From: Naegleria gruberi
Lineage: Eukaryota
Assembly (NCBI GenBank): GCA_000004985.1
Contig: GG738852.1
Reading direction: 5' to 3' (one strand)
DNA length: 64,000 nt
Both the position numbers and the translations under genes were made by a program. The notes beneath the pieces are model-generated. The model did not search any database and was not told where the DNA came from. It saw only the letters and a list, made by a program, of their open reading frames with translations. This document shows positions 43,291 through 54,203 of this stretch, in pieces (the stretch's first letter is position 1; every line of letters starts with the position of its first letter).

Positions 43291-45258
43291 ATGTCGAAAC
43301 ACAATTTGCTACTGTTATTACTATTAATACTGCTATTTATCCATGTCTATCACAGTGACTTGGTTACATGTCAAAGCAGTATCGATGTCAAGTATAAAAT
43401 AACAACTTTAGTGAGTGGAATTTCAGCTGATGGTAGAATTGACCAAGGATTAAATGGCGATATTTACTTTACTGAAAAAGTTGATAATTACATATCCAAG
43501 GCCAATATCAAAACAGGAATAGTTACACGACTCATTGGCACAGGTATTGGTGGATTCAATGGAGATGGATTATTAGCCAATTTGACACAAGTCAACTCGC
43601 CAAAAGGAGTTTCAATTTCTCAAATAAGTGGTGACATTTATTTTGCAGATTCGTCTAATAATTTGATCAGAGTAATGAATGCTGCAACGAATATTGTATC
43701 CACCATTGCTGGAACTGGTTCTTTTGGTTTCAGTGAAGGAAATGCCACATCCAGCAAGTTAAATAAGCCAACTGAACCAGTTTATTGGAATGGTCAATTG
43801 TTGTTTGCTGATTCGTTGAATTATAGAATTAGAAAGGTGGATCTTTCGAATGGAATGATTTCTACCTTGACAGGAACTGGAATTTCTGAATTTAATGGTG
43901 ATGGATTGGCATTGATTGTTTCAATTACTGAAATTCAGGCATTGACAGCAACTTTGAATGGAGATTTATATTTTGCAGATTCGGATAGTTTTAGAATTAG
44001 AAAATATATTCAATCGACAAAATCTGTAATTACATTGGTTGGCTCCACCAATAATTATAGAGATGGATTGGTCAACCAATCACTTTTGAGTTATCCAGAA
44101 GGTGTTTCAGTAGCTTCAAATGGAGATGTCATATTTAGTGATAATTCTAATCATGTTATTCGAAAGATTTCCATTTCTAAGGGTATGGTATCAACCATTG
44201 CAGGTACTGGAAGTGCAGGAGCTGCAATTGACAATGTGGATGCTACCAATTCTCCAATGCAGTTTCCTTCAGGTGTTTTGGTCAACTCACAAGGAATTAT
44301 TTATGTGAATGATAATGATAATAATCGAATTAGAGTATTGACACCGTATTGCAGTGATTCGAATTATGAATTGATTGATGGAGTTGTTTGTAGAATGAAA
44401 AATTGTTTTGGAATTGCAATTAATGAGTCAACTGTGTGTTCTGGACATGGAAAATGTAATTCGGATAATAATTGCACGTGTTCTTTTGGATATTCTGGTA
44501 ATGATTGCTCAATATTGGATGCGTGCTCACTTTTTACTAGTAATTATGCATGCTCATCAAGTTTTAACACGAGTGAGACTAAATTGCTTACAGTTTCGAA
44601 TATTACACAACTAGATTCGTCGATTATTCAATTTTCATCCACTAGTTCAATTTCAATTTCACTTCCTTCCTCAATTTCACAATATTTACAAGCCACAGAT
44701 ACAAACTTATCCAATGAAACCATTTCAGTACTGAGTTTACTTTCTGCTAACAATGCCAAAGATTCCAACTTGGTTTCTCCAATAGTTTCGTTAACTTTAT
44801 ACAAATCCAGCACAAAATCTGAAATCCAAATTCAAAATCTCAAAGATCCAATTTCAATCCAATTCCAAATCAACACAACTGTACCATCCATCTCATCATT
44901 GAATATCACATGCTCGTATTTCAATGAAATTCAAAAACTTTGGATTTCAGATTCGACCATCAAAACAATAATTTCCAAAATTGATACAATTAACACTCTC
45001 TCAGATGGAAATGTAACAATTTCTGTTTCATTGAATTGTGAAACGAGTCACTTGACTTCATTTGGAATAATCGATCAGAATTATAAGAAAGCAAATAAGG
45101 AATCTCAAACCAAAGATGATTCAGTCATGTTACAAGATAATACTACTGTATTAATTGCTGCAATTGTTGGAAGTGTTGGTGGATGTTGTGTTTTGGTAAC
45201 TATTCTCGTGATCATTATTTCAGTTATCATTCTATTAAGAAGAAGACATAAACATTAA
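43291..45258 (+). CDS. Secreted/type-I membrane protein with NHL repeats, an EGF-like module, an S/T-rich stalk and a C-terminal TM
   Basis: Signal peptide. Repeated NHL-type blades (GDIYFADSSNNLIRVMN, LLFADSLNYRIRKVD, DLYFADSDSFRIRKY, IIYVNDNDNNRIRVL). EGF-like CSGHGKCNSDNNCTCSFGYSGNDCS. TM LIAAIVGSVGGCCVLVTILVIIISVIILL followed by RRRHKH. Confidence 0.65.
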   Translation: MSKHNLLLLLLLILLFIHVYHSDLVTCQSSIDVKYKITTLVSGISADGRIDQGLNGDIYFTEKVDNYISKANIKTGIVTRLIGTGIGGFNGDGLLANLTQVNSPKGVSISQISGDIYFADSSNNLIRVMNAATNIVSTIAGTGSFGFSEGNATSSKLNKPTEPVYWNGQLLFADSLNYRIRKVDLSNGMISTLTGTGISEFNGDGLALIVSITEIQALTATLNGDLYFADSDSFRIRKYIQSTKSVITLVGSTNNYRDGLVNQSLLSYPEGVSVASNGDVIFSDNSNHVIRKISISKGMVSTIAGTGSAGAAIDNVDATNSPMQFPSGVLVNSQGIIYVNDNDNNRIRVLTPYCSDSNYELIDGVVCRMKNCFGIAINESTVCSGHGKCNSDNNCTCSFGYSGNDCSILDACSLFTSNYACSSSFNTSETKLLTVSNITQLDSSIIQFSSTSSISISLPSSISQYLQATDTNLSNETISVLSLLSANNAKDSNLVSPIVSLTLYKSSTKSEIQIQNLKDPISIQFQINTTVPSISSLNITCSYFNEIQKLWISDSTIKTIISKIDTINTLSDGNVTISVSLNCETSHLTSFGIIDQNYKKANKESQTKDDSVMLQDNTTVLIAAIVGSVGGCCVLVTILVIIISVIILLRRRHKH

Positions 45259-45302
45259 ATCTTAAATTCATTACAAAACGAAATTCTGGTTGACTTGGAA
45301 AA

Positions 45303-45743
45303 TTATTTACTTGGAATGAATTTCAATATCATTCCAAGCATATATCCTGCACTGTAAACAGCTCCCTTAATTATTGAAAAAACAATATGAAAAGCCGTTG
45401 GGGAAAAGTACCACAAGGCACAGGAAGCAATTACAAAAGCAGCTATTCCTAATTTGAATGAAAGTGGAATTGATTTTGGTGGAGAGGAAGAAGAATCGTC
45501 TGTTTCGTCTTGTTGTGGAATGTTGGAAGGAAAATTCGATTCTATTTTGTCATTGACATACTTGTTGATATCTTGCTCGATTTTATCTGCTTGTTCATTC
45601 AATTCTTTGGAAAGTTTATCTGAAATTTGAGTCGTATCTATATTGGAAAGGTTAGAGATTCGGAACGTTTGGAAGGGATTCCTGTAATTTATCAAAGAGT
45701 GATTTTTCAGAAGGGGAAGACTCGGAATTGGCATTCTTTTCAT
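45303..45743 (-). CDS. Small protein with a C-terminal pair of hydrophobic helices (possible tail-anchored/organellar membrane protein)
   Basis: GIAAFVIASCALWYFSPTAFHIVFSIIKGAVYSAGYMLGMIL; no confident family. Confidence 0.3.
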   Translation of the reverse strand: MKRMPIPSLPLLKNHSLINYRNPFQTFRISNLSNIDTTQISDKLSKELNEQADKIEQDINKYVNDKIESNFPSNIPQQDETDDSSSSPPKSIPLSFKLGIAAFVIASCALWYFSPTAFHIVFSIIKGAVYSAGYMLGMILKFIPSK

Positions 45744-46111
45744 CTAATTGTTGATTTTCATCTTTTTGCAAAGAAATCAAATTTATGTGAAAAGTTTGTT
45801 TTTGAAAGTGTTGAATTTTAAAAGAAAATAATTGTCGATGATTCGAGTGGAACATGCTGCAGGGAGGTCTAGCTCTGTGACCAATACAATGAATTGATTT
45901 TATCATTTTTTTAAAATTGATTAGTTTCTCTGAATGCAACCAATCATTTTGGAACTCCAATAACTGGAACAATGAAATGGTCTGTACAATTGTAATTAGG
46001 TGTCACCTGTTTCTTCAAGATCACTTTTCTGAATATCAGTTGAGAGCTGTGGCCACTAATGAATGAAATAATAATCTTTTTAATAATTTAATAAATTCCC
46101 TAGTTATTAAC

Positions 46112-47401
46112 CTAGAAAAGTGACTTGATGGCGTCCCAAGCTCCAGAGAAAACGTCAGAAACCTTTTCAGCAACCTTAAGGTAGGTTTCACTTTGTTGCA
46201 TCTTGAAAGCAAAGATTGAAAGTCCATACAGAGCACTCAAATGAATCAATGATCCAAAGAATAATTTTGTGGCATTGTCATAATCAACATTCTTCTTGAA
46301 AACAATGGATGGTTTGACAAGATAATACCAATTGATTGGAGTAGAAACAACAGCAAACCACCATGGAACAACTCCAAATGCAGGGAGAGCCCAACAAATT
46401 GGGAATAAGGCAAGTGAGTGAATTAATGATTGAGTTGCAGCAGCTTCTGGATTAGAAATTGAAAGCATCTTATAACCAGCTTTACCATAATCTCCTCTAC
46501 ATTTATATGAAATTGCCATAAAGTGAGAAATTTGCCACAAATACATGGATCCGAACATGAACAATCCTGTCACCAAGAGTTTTGTATTATAATCGGAAGT
46601 AGAAGGAAGTAAACCATCAAGAGGAGAAGGTTTTGGAGAAAGATGTTGTGTTAGAGAAAGTGGTAACATGGCTGCAGTGACACCCATAAGTGGAGGTAAA
46701 CTACCATTCAATGTTCCTACCCAAGTATTAATCCAATGGAGTGGTTTTGTTGGTGTATAAACACAAACATAGAGTAATAAATTAGCAAGACCAAGTAAAG
46801 CAGTCTCCTTGTTTGTATACTTGTTTAAAATATAGGTACCAGCAGCACCAGTAATAACGGCTTGAGTAATAGCATGAGTTACACTAATTTTGTTTCTTGG
46901 GAGTGGTCTATTGAATGTTCTACTCATCAATTTATCCCTCTCAATTTCAATAATTTCATTAAAACTATTAGCAGAAGCAGACTGTAAGAATGTTCCGACA
47001 CATAATCCGATCACACTTGTTGATGATGAAGATGACGCATTAATGAGTTGGAGTATCTCATCTCGTTCCGCCGAAATTAAATGGATTTTGTTTGCAGCAT
47101 AATAACCACCAGCTGCTGTGAAAACAACAAGAGCACTCAATCTAGTCTTCCACAATTCATAGTAACATCTCATATAGTGTCTGAAGGCTCCGACCTTCTT
47201 TTCCTCTATGATTGGTTTTTCAATTGGATTTTCAATAGCTGGTTCTACAATAGCAGCCTCACTTTTCTTCATTTTAATTTCGTGGAGAGATTCTTCAACT
47301 GGACAAACATCCTTTGTAGCCAATGAAAAATTAGCCTCGGAGGCTGGTGTTTCAGGCGATAAAGATTTGTTATCTTGTTGTGTTGCCATTTTTTTATGCA
47401 A
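46112..47401 (-). CDS. COX10: Protoheme IX farnesyltransferase (heme O synthase), UbiA prenyltransferase family
   Basis: NEIIEIERDKLMSRTFNRPLPRNKISVTHA...LANLLLYVCVYTPTKP...NTWVGTLNGSLPPLMG is collinear with COX10/CyoE conserved motifs. Multiple TM helices. Confidence 0.8.
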   Translation of the reverse strand: MHKKMATQQDNKSLSPETPASEANFSLATKDVCPVEESLHEIKMKKSEAAIVEPAIENPIEKPIIEEKKVGAFRHYMRCYYELWKTRLSALVVFTAAGGYYAANKIHLISAERDEILQLINASSSSSTSVIGLCVGTFLQSASANSFNEIIEIERDKLMSRTFNRPLPRNKISVTHAITQAVITGAAGTYILNKYTNKETALLGLANLLLYVCVYTPTKPLHWINTWVGTLNGSLPPLMGVTAAMLPLSLTQHLSPKPSPLDGLLPSTSDYNTKLLVTGLFMFGSMYLWQISHFMAISYKCRGDYGKAGYKMLSISNPEAAATQSLIHSLALFPICWALPAFGVVPWWFAVVSTPINWYYLVKPSIVFKKNVDYDNATKLFFGSLIHLSALYGLSIFAFKMQQSETYLKVAEKVSDVFSGAWDAIKSLF

Positions 47402-47560
47402 TTTTTTTGACCTTTTTAAATTCTTTCAAGCAAATTTAGTAATTTTGGTTGCTGACTGAATTTTCATTCGTTACTACTGGATTCTTCTGAAATGGCGTCA
47501 TTAATAATGATTGTTTCGAATTATGCTTCAGTCAATTAAAATAATCAACATTTAGAGGCT

Positions 47561-49428
47561 TTATTCTTTGGATTGATCGGCTAGATCAGGAAGTTTGTGT
47601 GTTTCTACTTGATTGGAGAGTGGCGAAATTATTTCAAATGAAAAATCAACAGGGAATGAATGTGGATTGAAACAGGTACAACCTTCGACTTTTGTATTGA
47701 ATGGTTGGCATCTATCGGCTAGAATGAGTGAATGTGGAGATGGGAATAGACTCAATGAGTGATCTTGTTCCCAGAATACAGGTTGTAAATGCATGGCGAA
47801 GGGACTCAAATGAGATTGTGCAAGAACTGTTTCACACATCTATTTTTTTCAATATTAATAAAAAGAAAGAATTGTAAACTTACTGATTGATAAATTTGAG
47901 TTTCCTCCTTGTGTTCTATCACAGTGTGTCTTCTCATTTGTTGTTGTAAATCTTGTCTGAATACAACAAGCTCTTGAGTGTAGAACCGTATTCTGCATGG
48001 ATTTGTGGCAAAGAAGCTGTTTGGAATTCTTGATTTAAAGGTTCTGCTGATACTATCTAAAATTGGAGATCTTGGAAGTACGCCATTTGGAGAGAATGTT
48101 GGATCATTTGGACCTGGTACAAATACAAACGTTGGAGCATTTTCATTTTCTTTGGAATTGTAAATGAAATTAGGGAATCGTTCTTCAATCATCTTGGCAA
48201 GCTTTTCAAAATTCTTTTGATATAAAACACGATCAGAGGTTGTTGAACTAGAGGAGGAAGAGGAATAGAATTGGAATGGTCTAGATATGAAATTACCAAT
48301 AAATAAAAACATTGCTGGCATCAATTCGTATGAGTCCTCAGAAGTTCTATTGTGTTGATTCCACTTGATATATTCAAATAAGAGAGCTAGCTTTTCAAAT
48401 ACTAAAGGCTTATCAAGGCAAACATCTGAAACAACCACAATGAAGGCATTCTTGTTGATATCTTCCTTATTTTTGAGCTCTTTTAACTTTTCTGGTGAAG
48501 ATGAACCAAACATGTCCAACATGCTGCTTCTTCCCACAGATAAGAATCTTTCACTATCATCTCTATCTTCACAAGTTGGTAAAACAATAGCAGATGCTTT
48601 GAATACCTTTGTCACACTATCATAAACACCTGAAGCAATAACAAAAGATCCTTCCAAAATCGTTCCTCTATTATTAGTTGTCTATTTCAGCGTTCAATGA
48701 TTCAAATAAAATTGATGAGAAACTTACTGACTCAGAAATATCAACCTGTGTGACACCATTCAAATCTTCAATTTGATAAATGTCTGCAGACTTTCTTGTA
48801 ATTAATCCCATAATATATTTTGATCCTCTACTTCCTAAAAGTGAATCAATACTAGTTAAAGAGATTGCATTAGGGTCTGTTGGATTGAATTGTTTTCCTC
48901 TCATTACTTTTTGATAAATCATTTTATATCTGTCACGGAATACTTCAACCTTTTGTTGAACCTCTGAGAAGAAGGTAGTATCTCTTTGTTCAGGTTCAAA
49001 AACCTTTCTTGACATGTTATAGGAATAGAATGGTTTATCCTCAGCATTAATTATTTGAATGGCATCTCTGTGTCCAAGAACTGCTGTATTATCATCCACT
49101 AAATCATCTGATGTATCCATTCTCTTGGATTGGAACTCTTTTAATTTCTCTTCTATTAATTCGCCCGATAAATTTTTATCTATTCATCACACAATTGTAG
49201 CATCACATATTATTATTCAATAATCGGGATCATTCCACACAATCACTCACCTTTAACATTCTTATCCTGCAAAAATTTAAAAAATTCTGGTAAAAATTCA
49301 TTGATTTCATCCTTGCTCATTAATTTATTTACACAATAATCAGGAAGTGCCGAATTTGACAAGGTAAATTGGTACTTTTTAGCTGCCGTCACGCAGAGCT
49401 TTGATGCGATGGCTTTATTTGCACTCAT
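47561..49428 (-). CDS. DNA polymerase alpha/epsilon subunit-B family, most like Pol epsilon subunit 2 (Dpb2/POLE2); 4 exons: 49251..49428, 48729..49179, 47884..48681, 47561..47839
   Basis: C-terminal block ...APTFVFVPGPNDP...ATNPCRIRFYTQELVVFRQDL... and last exon ...VFWEQDHSLSLFPSPHSLILADRC...CTCFNPHSF match the phosphoesterase-like domain of B-subunits. All three donors are consensus (GTGAGT, GTAAGT, GTAAGT). Two of them produce the in-frame stops seen in the track. Confidence 0.65.
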
Positions 49429-49922
49429 TTTTTTTTAAATTAATTAATTTGAATCACTTTTGGCGGGAAGAATTTTTGGAGGGAAATTCAGATCGAAAGA
49501 AAATATGAGAAACAAGTTGATTTCCTTCACAAACAACATTAAGATTTTACAATTCAAATAATTTTTATTACAAAAATTCTTTTAAAGTTAAACTCAAAAC
49601 CACTGTTTATCCAAAAATTTAAATGGCAACTCTCCTTTCCTTCTTCATGTGAATCAACAACAGAATATATTGACTTGAGAAAATCCAAGAGATTATAATG
49701 AATATGCACTCCTCACCATCAACAACCACCAACAGCTACACTTCACATGAACAGTAAGAGTCTAGGCCACATTTTCGTTGTGGGTTTTCCGCAAAATTAT
49801 GCGCTCCTCATCCTAGAGGGCAAACACTTCTACTTTTGAAACAAAACTAACACATTGTTATCAATCACAAGCTCCTTTGTGCTCACAAATCACCATCACC
49901 ATCATTATAATATCGAAAAAAA

Positions 49923-52139
49923 ATGTTTCTTCGTCGTATGATTAATGCCATCTCACAATCATCAGAGTCTGGCAAATCTGATAATTCGGCCTATGCTCTC
50001 AATATTGACCATATGGAAATACCTATAGAGGAGTGGAGTCATAAAGTGGTCACATGTTTTTTGTATAAGGAACAATTTTTCGAATTAATTCCCAAAGTTA
50101 CGAAACTGAAATATGAAGGTGTTGATTTTCTGACAAAAAACAAGGAACAATTGACTGCCGAGTTGAAAGTACATGAAGACGAAATTACTGAGTTGATGGC
50201 TAGAATCGAAAGTGTAAAAGTGAAACAAAAGTATTATTCGAAGGCTAATAGATTGACACTTTCAGAGACAGATACAGCAGATATTAATTCTCAACCAGCA
50301 GTTGGAGACCCATCATCGCCAAACAATACTTCAAACGGAATTGCCATCAAAAACAAACCAATCGATTCAACAAGAAATATGTCAGGCTCGCCGAGTGCAC
50401 AAACTTTATCTGCATCACCAATGAATGGAAGTAGAGTTCCTCCACCTGGCCTCACTGAATTGGATAGACAGAGGAGAGGCACTGGGTTGGAGAGGGGCAA
50501 ACTTCCAAGCTCTCCAACAGGAGCAACCTCTCCTTCGAGCTCATCAATTTCACCACCAGCATCATCATCAGGAGAAGCACATTTAAATATTAGTAATATT
50601 CAACTTTTGAAAATTGTGGAATCATTTAAGAGACAACTCAAGGAAAATGATCTTCTCGCAGAAAGATCATACCGACTCAATAAGTATAAGAATACATTTA
50701 CTGGAAGCGATGCAACCACATTATTGCATAAATTGATGAGAGATGTGGCAAAATCTGCAACGAGATTCGATGCCATTGATTTGGGAAATGCAATGATAAG
50801 AGATGGATTCATAAAACATGTTGCCGAAGATGAAGACTTTAAAGATGAGCCAGGTCAATTGTACTTTATTTCCGACGATCCTAGAGCAAGAGACAGTTTG
50901 AACTTGAATAATAAGAAGGGAAGTTCTGCATTCTTTGCCGAAGAGGACAGATCCATCACCAAAGATATAATGACACCTGCAGCTACTGATTTAATTTATA
51001 GAGGTGATTGTGCCTCCAAGATGATTGTACTGATTAAGAATACAGACACTTTGCTCGAGTCTTTAATTTTCCAAGCAGGAATGCTCAATGATAAGGAGAA
51101 GAAGACATTGGAAGCCGTTACTAAAAAGCTCAAAAACTTGAACTATCCTGTCCCAGAGGTTCAAATTAGTTTGGTAGCTCAAGATTTGAGTTTGTCAGAG
51201 AGATACTTGTACAGTTATTTGAATCCAAACAGAATTCCAAGAGCTAAGAAGACTCTTTTGCAAGAAAAATCATGTGGAAAACAATTTATGGATATTGGAT
51301 TGGCCTTGACATGTACAGAAGGATTGGCTGGAGAATTTTACACTTTCGCATTAATTGTAGGAACATTTATTGTGGAATTTTCGGATAGATGTCATTTGGC
51401 ATTGGTAAGAGAAAAGGATTCGAGCTTTGTCAACTTTTTCCATATCACAACTATCAATGATAAGGAAAATATCGAATTGTGCTTAAAAACAGTTAGTAAG
51501 TGCTGTGTAAAGTGGAATGAAAAACCAGTTGCAAAGAATATCAACTCTAAAACTTTTGTAACTGAACTTTTCAGATGGATTGACATTCCTGAAAGTGTGA
51601 TTGAAACTGTTGCCTCAGATATGGACTTTATATCAAACTATCCAATCAACTCAAAATCACTCTTCTTACAAAAGGGACAACTGGAAGAAATTTACAAAGT
51701 ATCCGAGACTGTAGAAATTACTTCATCACTTCAAACACTTCTCAGTCAAATTACCAATCAAACCATTACATTCTACAAACATTCTGATTTGGCTGAATTC
51801 TACTTGATTGCATCCCACCTTTTGAATCCTGTTCAAAAACTTCTCATTTCCTCCTTTGCCAAGACATTTATGAGACAATTCAATGAGGGTATTAATTTAC
51901 CAAACTCTGAACCAATGTCCTACAAGGCAGCAAAGAAAATAACCAAAGAGAGATTATGTAAAATAGATGATGTTTTTACATGCCCATTTAAAGGTCATGG
52001 AATTTGCACAAAGAATGTAAAATATCCAAAAGCTGCAAATAGTGAAAACGAAACTCCAGTCCAATCTGAAAGCTCTCCTTCCGATTCTCTGACCTACCAA
52101 TACTTCCCTTGTAACATTTCATTACCTACCAGACAATAG
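49923..52139 (+). CDS. Signalling protein with an N-terminal SAM-like domain and a central DEP domain
   Basis: WSHKVVTCFLYKEQFFELIPKVTKLKYEGVDFL (SAM-like); RSYRLNKYKNTFTGSDATTLLHKLMRD... (DEP-like); S/P-rich linker. Confidence 0.5.
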   Translation: MFLRRMINAISQSSESGKSDNSAYALNIDHMEIPIEEWSHKVVTCFLYKEQFFELIPKVTKLKYEGVDFLTKNKEQLTAELKVHEDEITELMARIESVKVKQKYYSKANRLTLSETDTADINSQPAVGDPSSPNNTSNGIAIKNKPIDSTRNMSGSPSAQTLSASPMNGSRVPPPGLTELDRQRRGTGLERGKLPSSPTGATSPSSSSISPPASSSGEAHLNISNIQLLKIVESFKRQLKENDLLAERSYRLNKYKNTFTGSDATTLLHKLMRDVAKSATRFDAIDLGNAMIRDGFIKHVAEDEDFKDEPGQLYFISDDPRARDSLNLNNKKGSSAFFAEEDRSITKDIMTPAATDLIYRGDCASKMIVLIKNTDTLLESLIFQAGMLNDKEKKTLEAVTKKLKNLNYPVPEVQISLVAQDLSLSERYLYSYLNPNRIPRAKKTLLQEKSCGKQFMDIGLALTCTEGLAGEFYTFALIVGTFIVEFSDRCHLALVREKDSSFVNFFHITTINDKENIELCLKTVSKCCVKWNEKPVAKNINSKTFVTELFRWIDIPESVIETVASDMDFISNYPINSKSLFLQKGQLEEIYKVSETVEITSSLQTLLSQITNQTITFYKHSDLAEFYLIASHLLNPVQKLLISSFAKTFMRQFNEGINLPNSEPMSYKAAKKITKERLCKIDDVFTCPFKGHGICTKNVKYPKAANSENETPVQSESSPSDSLTYQYFPCNISLPTRQ

Positions 52140-52565
52140 TCAACCCATTTTGCCACCTTAATTTCCAATTTTGATTAAAAATAATTCTCTGTTCAATTGG
52201 AATGTTGCTATTATTCACACAAAATACAATACAATATTGAGCGAATTCAATTATCCAGCTATTGAGAATATTCCAGTATCATCAGCCAAGTATCAACGAC
52301 CTATAGAACTACTTAATACCCAGCTGTTTTTCTGATATTATCCAGATGTCGATACTTCCAAACAAGAACCAGAGAATATTCTAACATCCACACTCAGCAC
52401 TACACCCCAACAATGTTTGGCATTAATTCCTTGTTTATCTTGCGCTTGATGGTTTACAGATTGACTTGTTTGGTCTCGAGCGTTTAAAAGTGGAGCTTCT
52501 GAAAAAAACGAATCAAAAAAAAAATAACTTTAATTCTCTCCCTATTTAATAATAATAATAACAAA

Positions 52566-53737
52566 ATGAAGATTGCTGTTTTCAGTGCCAAGCCATACGA
52601 TGAAGAATACATGACCAAGACTAATGAAGTTTTGGGTCAAGGAAAGCACGAAATTAAATATATCAAGTCTCCTCTTGATGAAGCTCACGTTCCATTGGCT
52701 CAAGGCTGTGATGCTGTCTGTGTCTTTGTTAATGATCCTGTTACTGAAGTTGTTGTTGATGCTCTTGCATCATATGGAATCAAGTTGATTTTGTGTAGAT
52801 GTGCGTAAGTATCTTTTCCGAATCTATTGGATTAATAGTTCAATTTTGTATTCAAAATATCTTTCTTCCATATTTGATATTATTAATGTTTTATACAAAA
52901 CTATCTAATACAAAAAATCTAATACAACAACAACAACAACAACAATAACAACGAAACAGTGGATACAATAATGTTAATCTTGCTGCTTGTAAGAAACACG
53001 GAATTACAGTTGCTCGTGTTCCAAAATATTCACCATATGCCACTGCTGAACATTCTGTTGCCTTGATGATGACTCTCAATAGAAAGACTCATCGTGCTTA
53101 TAATCGTGTTAGAGAAGGTGATTTCAGTATTAATGGATTGATGGGATTCGATATGAATGGTAAGAAAGTTGGTGTTATCGGAACTGGTAAAATTGGATAT
53201 TTGGTCTGTAAGATCTTAAAGTGTGGATTTGGTTGTGATGTTGTTGCCTATGATGTTTACCAATCTGCTGAAGTTAAAAGCATCGGAGTTGAATATGTTG
53301 ATTTGGATACACTTTTCAGAACATGTGACATTATTTCTCTCCACTGTCCACTTTTCAATAATACCAAGTATATTATCAATGATGAAGCTTTGGAAAAGAT
53401 GAAGAAGGGTGTTATGATTATCAATGCTTCTAGAGGTGCTTTGGTTGATACTAAGGCAGTTATTAAGCATTTGAAGAATGGTAAAGTTGGATCTTTGGGT
53501 GTTGATGTTTATGAAAACGAAGCCAATACTTTCTATGAAAATCACTCATCTGATCTCTACTTGAGCGACGAATTATTGCTCCGTCTCATGTCTTTCAAGA
53601 ATGTCCTTGTTACATCTCACCAAGCTTTCTTCACACAAGAAGCCATGCAAAATATTGCTGACTCTGTTTTCCACAGTGCCACCCAATACCAAACTGAAGG
53701 TAAGGTCACTGGTGAAGAATTTGTCCCATGCGAATAA
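52566..53737 (+). CDS. ldhA: Fermentative D-lactate dehydrogenase, bacterial LdhA-type D-2-hydroxyacid dehydrogenase; 2 exons (52566..52805, 52959..53737)
   Basis: Collinear along the whole length with enterobacterial LdhA: MKIAVFSAKPYDEEY...CDAVCVFVNDPV...ILCRCA|GYNNVNLAAC...VARVPKYSPYATAEHSVALMMTLNRK...GVIGTGKIG...SLHCPL...MIINASRGALVDT...GVDVYENE...SHQAFFT. It is interrupted by a 153-nt GTAAGT...AACAG intron carrying a (CAA)n run. Confidence 0.9.
52924..52952. repeat. (CAA)n microsatellite inside the ldhA intron
   Basis: acaacaacaacaacaacaacaataacaac read directly. Confidence 0.8.
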
Positions 53738-54203
53738 GTGCTACACACTCTAAGAAAACTGTAAATAAAAACAAATAATTATTTAATTGGTGGGCTTGCC
53801 TTAGTATCAACCTTTCTCATAAATGTCTTCTTTGGAAAGGCAATTCCAGATATTTGCAATAATTATGAGTTCAGATTGACTATTCTTTAATCTAACTGAA
53901 ATTTGAAACTGATATCGCTCAACAATCTGTTTGCTGTTTTTTCCAACAAGCTATCCTTCCTTATTTCCTTCATAATTTTGAACTGATAGTTAATATAGAC
54001 AACCGAATCGTTATTAATTTTCTTCTTTTGAGGAGCAGTACGTTGTTCTGTAACCAACACAGTGCAAAACACATTAATAAGGGAAGGAATAGAGTGTGCA
54101 AATGGTTTGAAAGAGGACAGACTGATTTGAGAAAAGTCACATATCTTGGTCATTGTAGCTGAATTTTCCCTCCTTCTCGTATTATGTTGTTACAATATAT
54201 CTT

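Noticed and set aside
53216-53545. 109-aa minus-strand ORF inside ldhA
   Set aside because: Antisense to a strongly supported, homology-confirmed coding exon.
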